Below, in pieces: positions 63,608-64,000 of a stretch of DNA of 64,000 nt. Position numbers and translations under genes: made by a program. The DNA comes from Neovahlkampfia damariscottae. Lineage: Eukaryota. Every line of letters starts with the position of its first letter. Position 1 is the stretch's first letter. The stretch is from NCBI GenBank assembly GCA_016618085.1, contig JABLTG010000031.1:62001-126000 (forward strand), in the 5' to 3' direction. Under the pieces are notes generated by a model. The model was not told the DNA's origin and did no database searches. It was given only the letters and a program-made list of their open reading frames with translations.

Positions 63608-63741
63608 CAGAGTATTTTATCCAATTAGAAAGAAGTTGATTCAAATTAGGAGATAAAATGTTTTCAGTTGTTGATATTTTATTTGTTTTGTTTTGTTCCA
63701 TATTTTGATCAAATTTCCCCTGAAATTTACCCAATTAAAAA

Positions 63742-64000
63742 ATGTCTTCGAAAGAAAAAAAAAAGAAAACTTCAAAAACTCATGTGGAAGAAAAAACAAA
63801 TCAAACCAAAATTATAAAGTTAATCAAAGTACCTATTATAAATGTATGATTACCTTTATTCTAAAATTCAAAGAAATCAAAAGAAAGTGTACCCTTTGCT
63901 CCAAAACGGTTTGGCACCAATAGACTAAATATTTTTTAAAAGTAAATTTGAAAGTGACCCAATAATAATAGAAGAACCTGAGGATGATATTGGAAAGTAT
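63742..64000 (+). CDS. 5' part of an unidentified gene (partial)
   Basis: ATG at 63742 (MSSKEKKKKTSKTHVEEK...) followed by a plausible short intron; runs off the window. Confidence 0.5.

Noticed and set aside
120..63923. Numerous short antisense or overlapping ORFs in the track (e.g. 3293-3664, 39528-40154, 47438-47821, 56898-57263)
   Set aside because: They are shadow frames of real genes in AT-rich, low-complexity sequence and lack motifs.
1..64000. Stop-codon reassignment or frameshifting as the cause of fragmented ORFs
   Set aside because: Every interruption examined in conserved genes is resolved by short GT-AG introns, and TAA/TGA terminate genes normally.

Overview
Very AT-rich, gene-dense nuclear DNA from a eukaryotic microbe. 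A free-living protist such as a heterolobosean (Discoba) is plausible but unproven. Manual splicing gives about 35 protein-coding genes in the standard genetic code, split by many tiny (about 28-47 nt) GT-AG introns. Intergenic gaps are usually under 100 bp and most contain a CCAAT box; some convergent genes overlap. Recognisable genes include RSL1D1, NAA30, CCT8, CWC21, a PAPS transporter, RPP21, an L-type lectin, PEX10, a Zn2Cys6 factor, DOP1, EMC3, PLGRKT, SEC12, MRPS5, a double-PHD protein, a DHYC-variant palmitoyltransferase, LSM8, SPT6, an F-box RasGEF, a UBR N-recognin, two RhoGEFs and a TBC RabGAP. The strongest signal is a series of ultra-short exons between normal-sized introns: 5 nt (PEX10), 4 nt (Rolling-stone-like gene), 3 or 0 nt (hypothetical gene), 2 nt and 1 nt (UBR box), and an apparent zero-length exon (back-to-back AG|GT introns) in PEX10. 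The 2, 4 and 5 nt cases are forced by frame and conserved motifs. Other notable items are a C2-filamin protein with about 19 copies of an unrecognised ~58-aa repeat and two ~190-210 nt structured intergenic ncRNA candidates. All gene models are hand-derived without transcript data.
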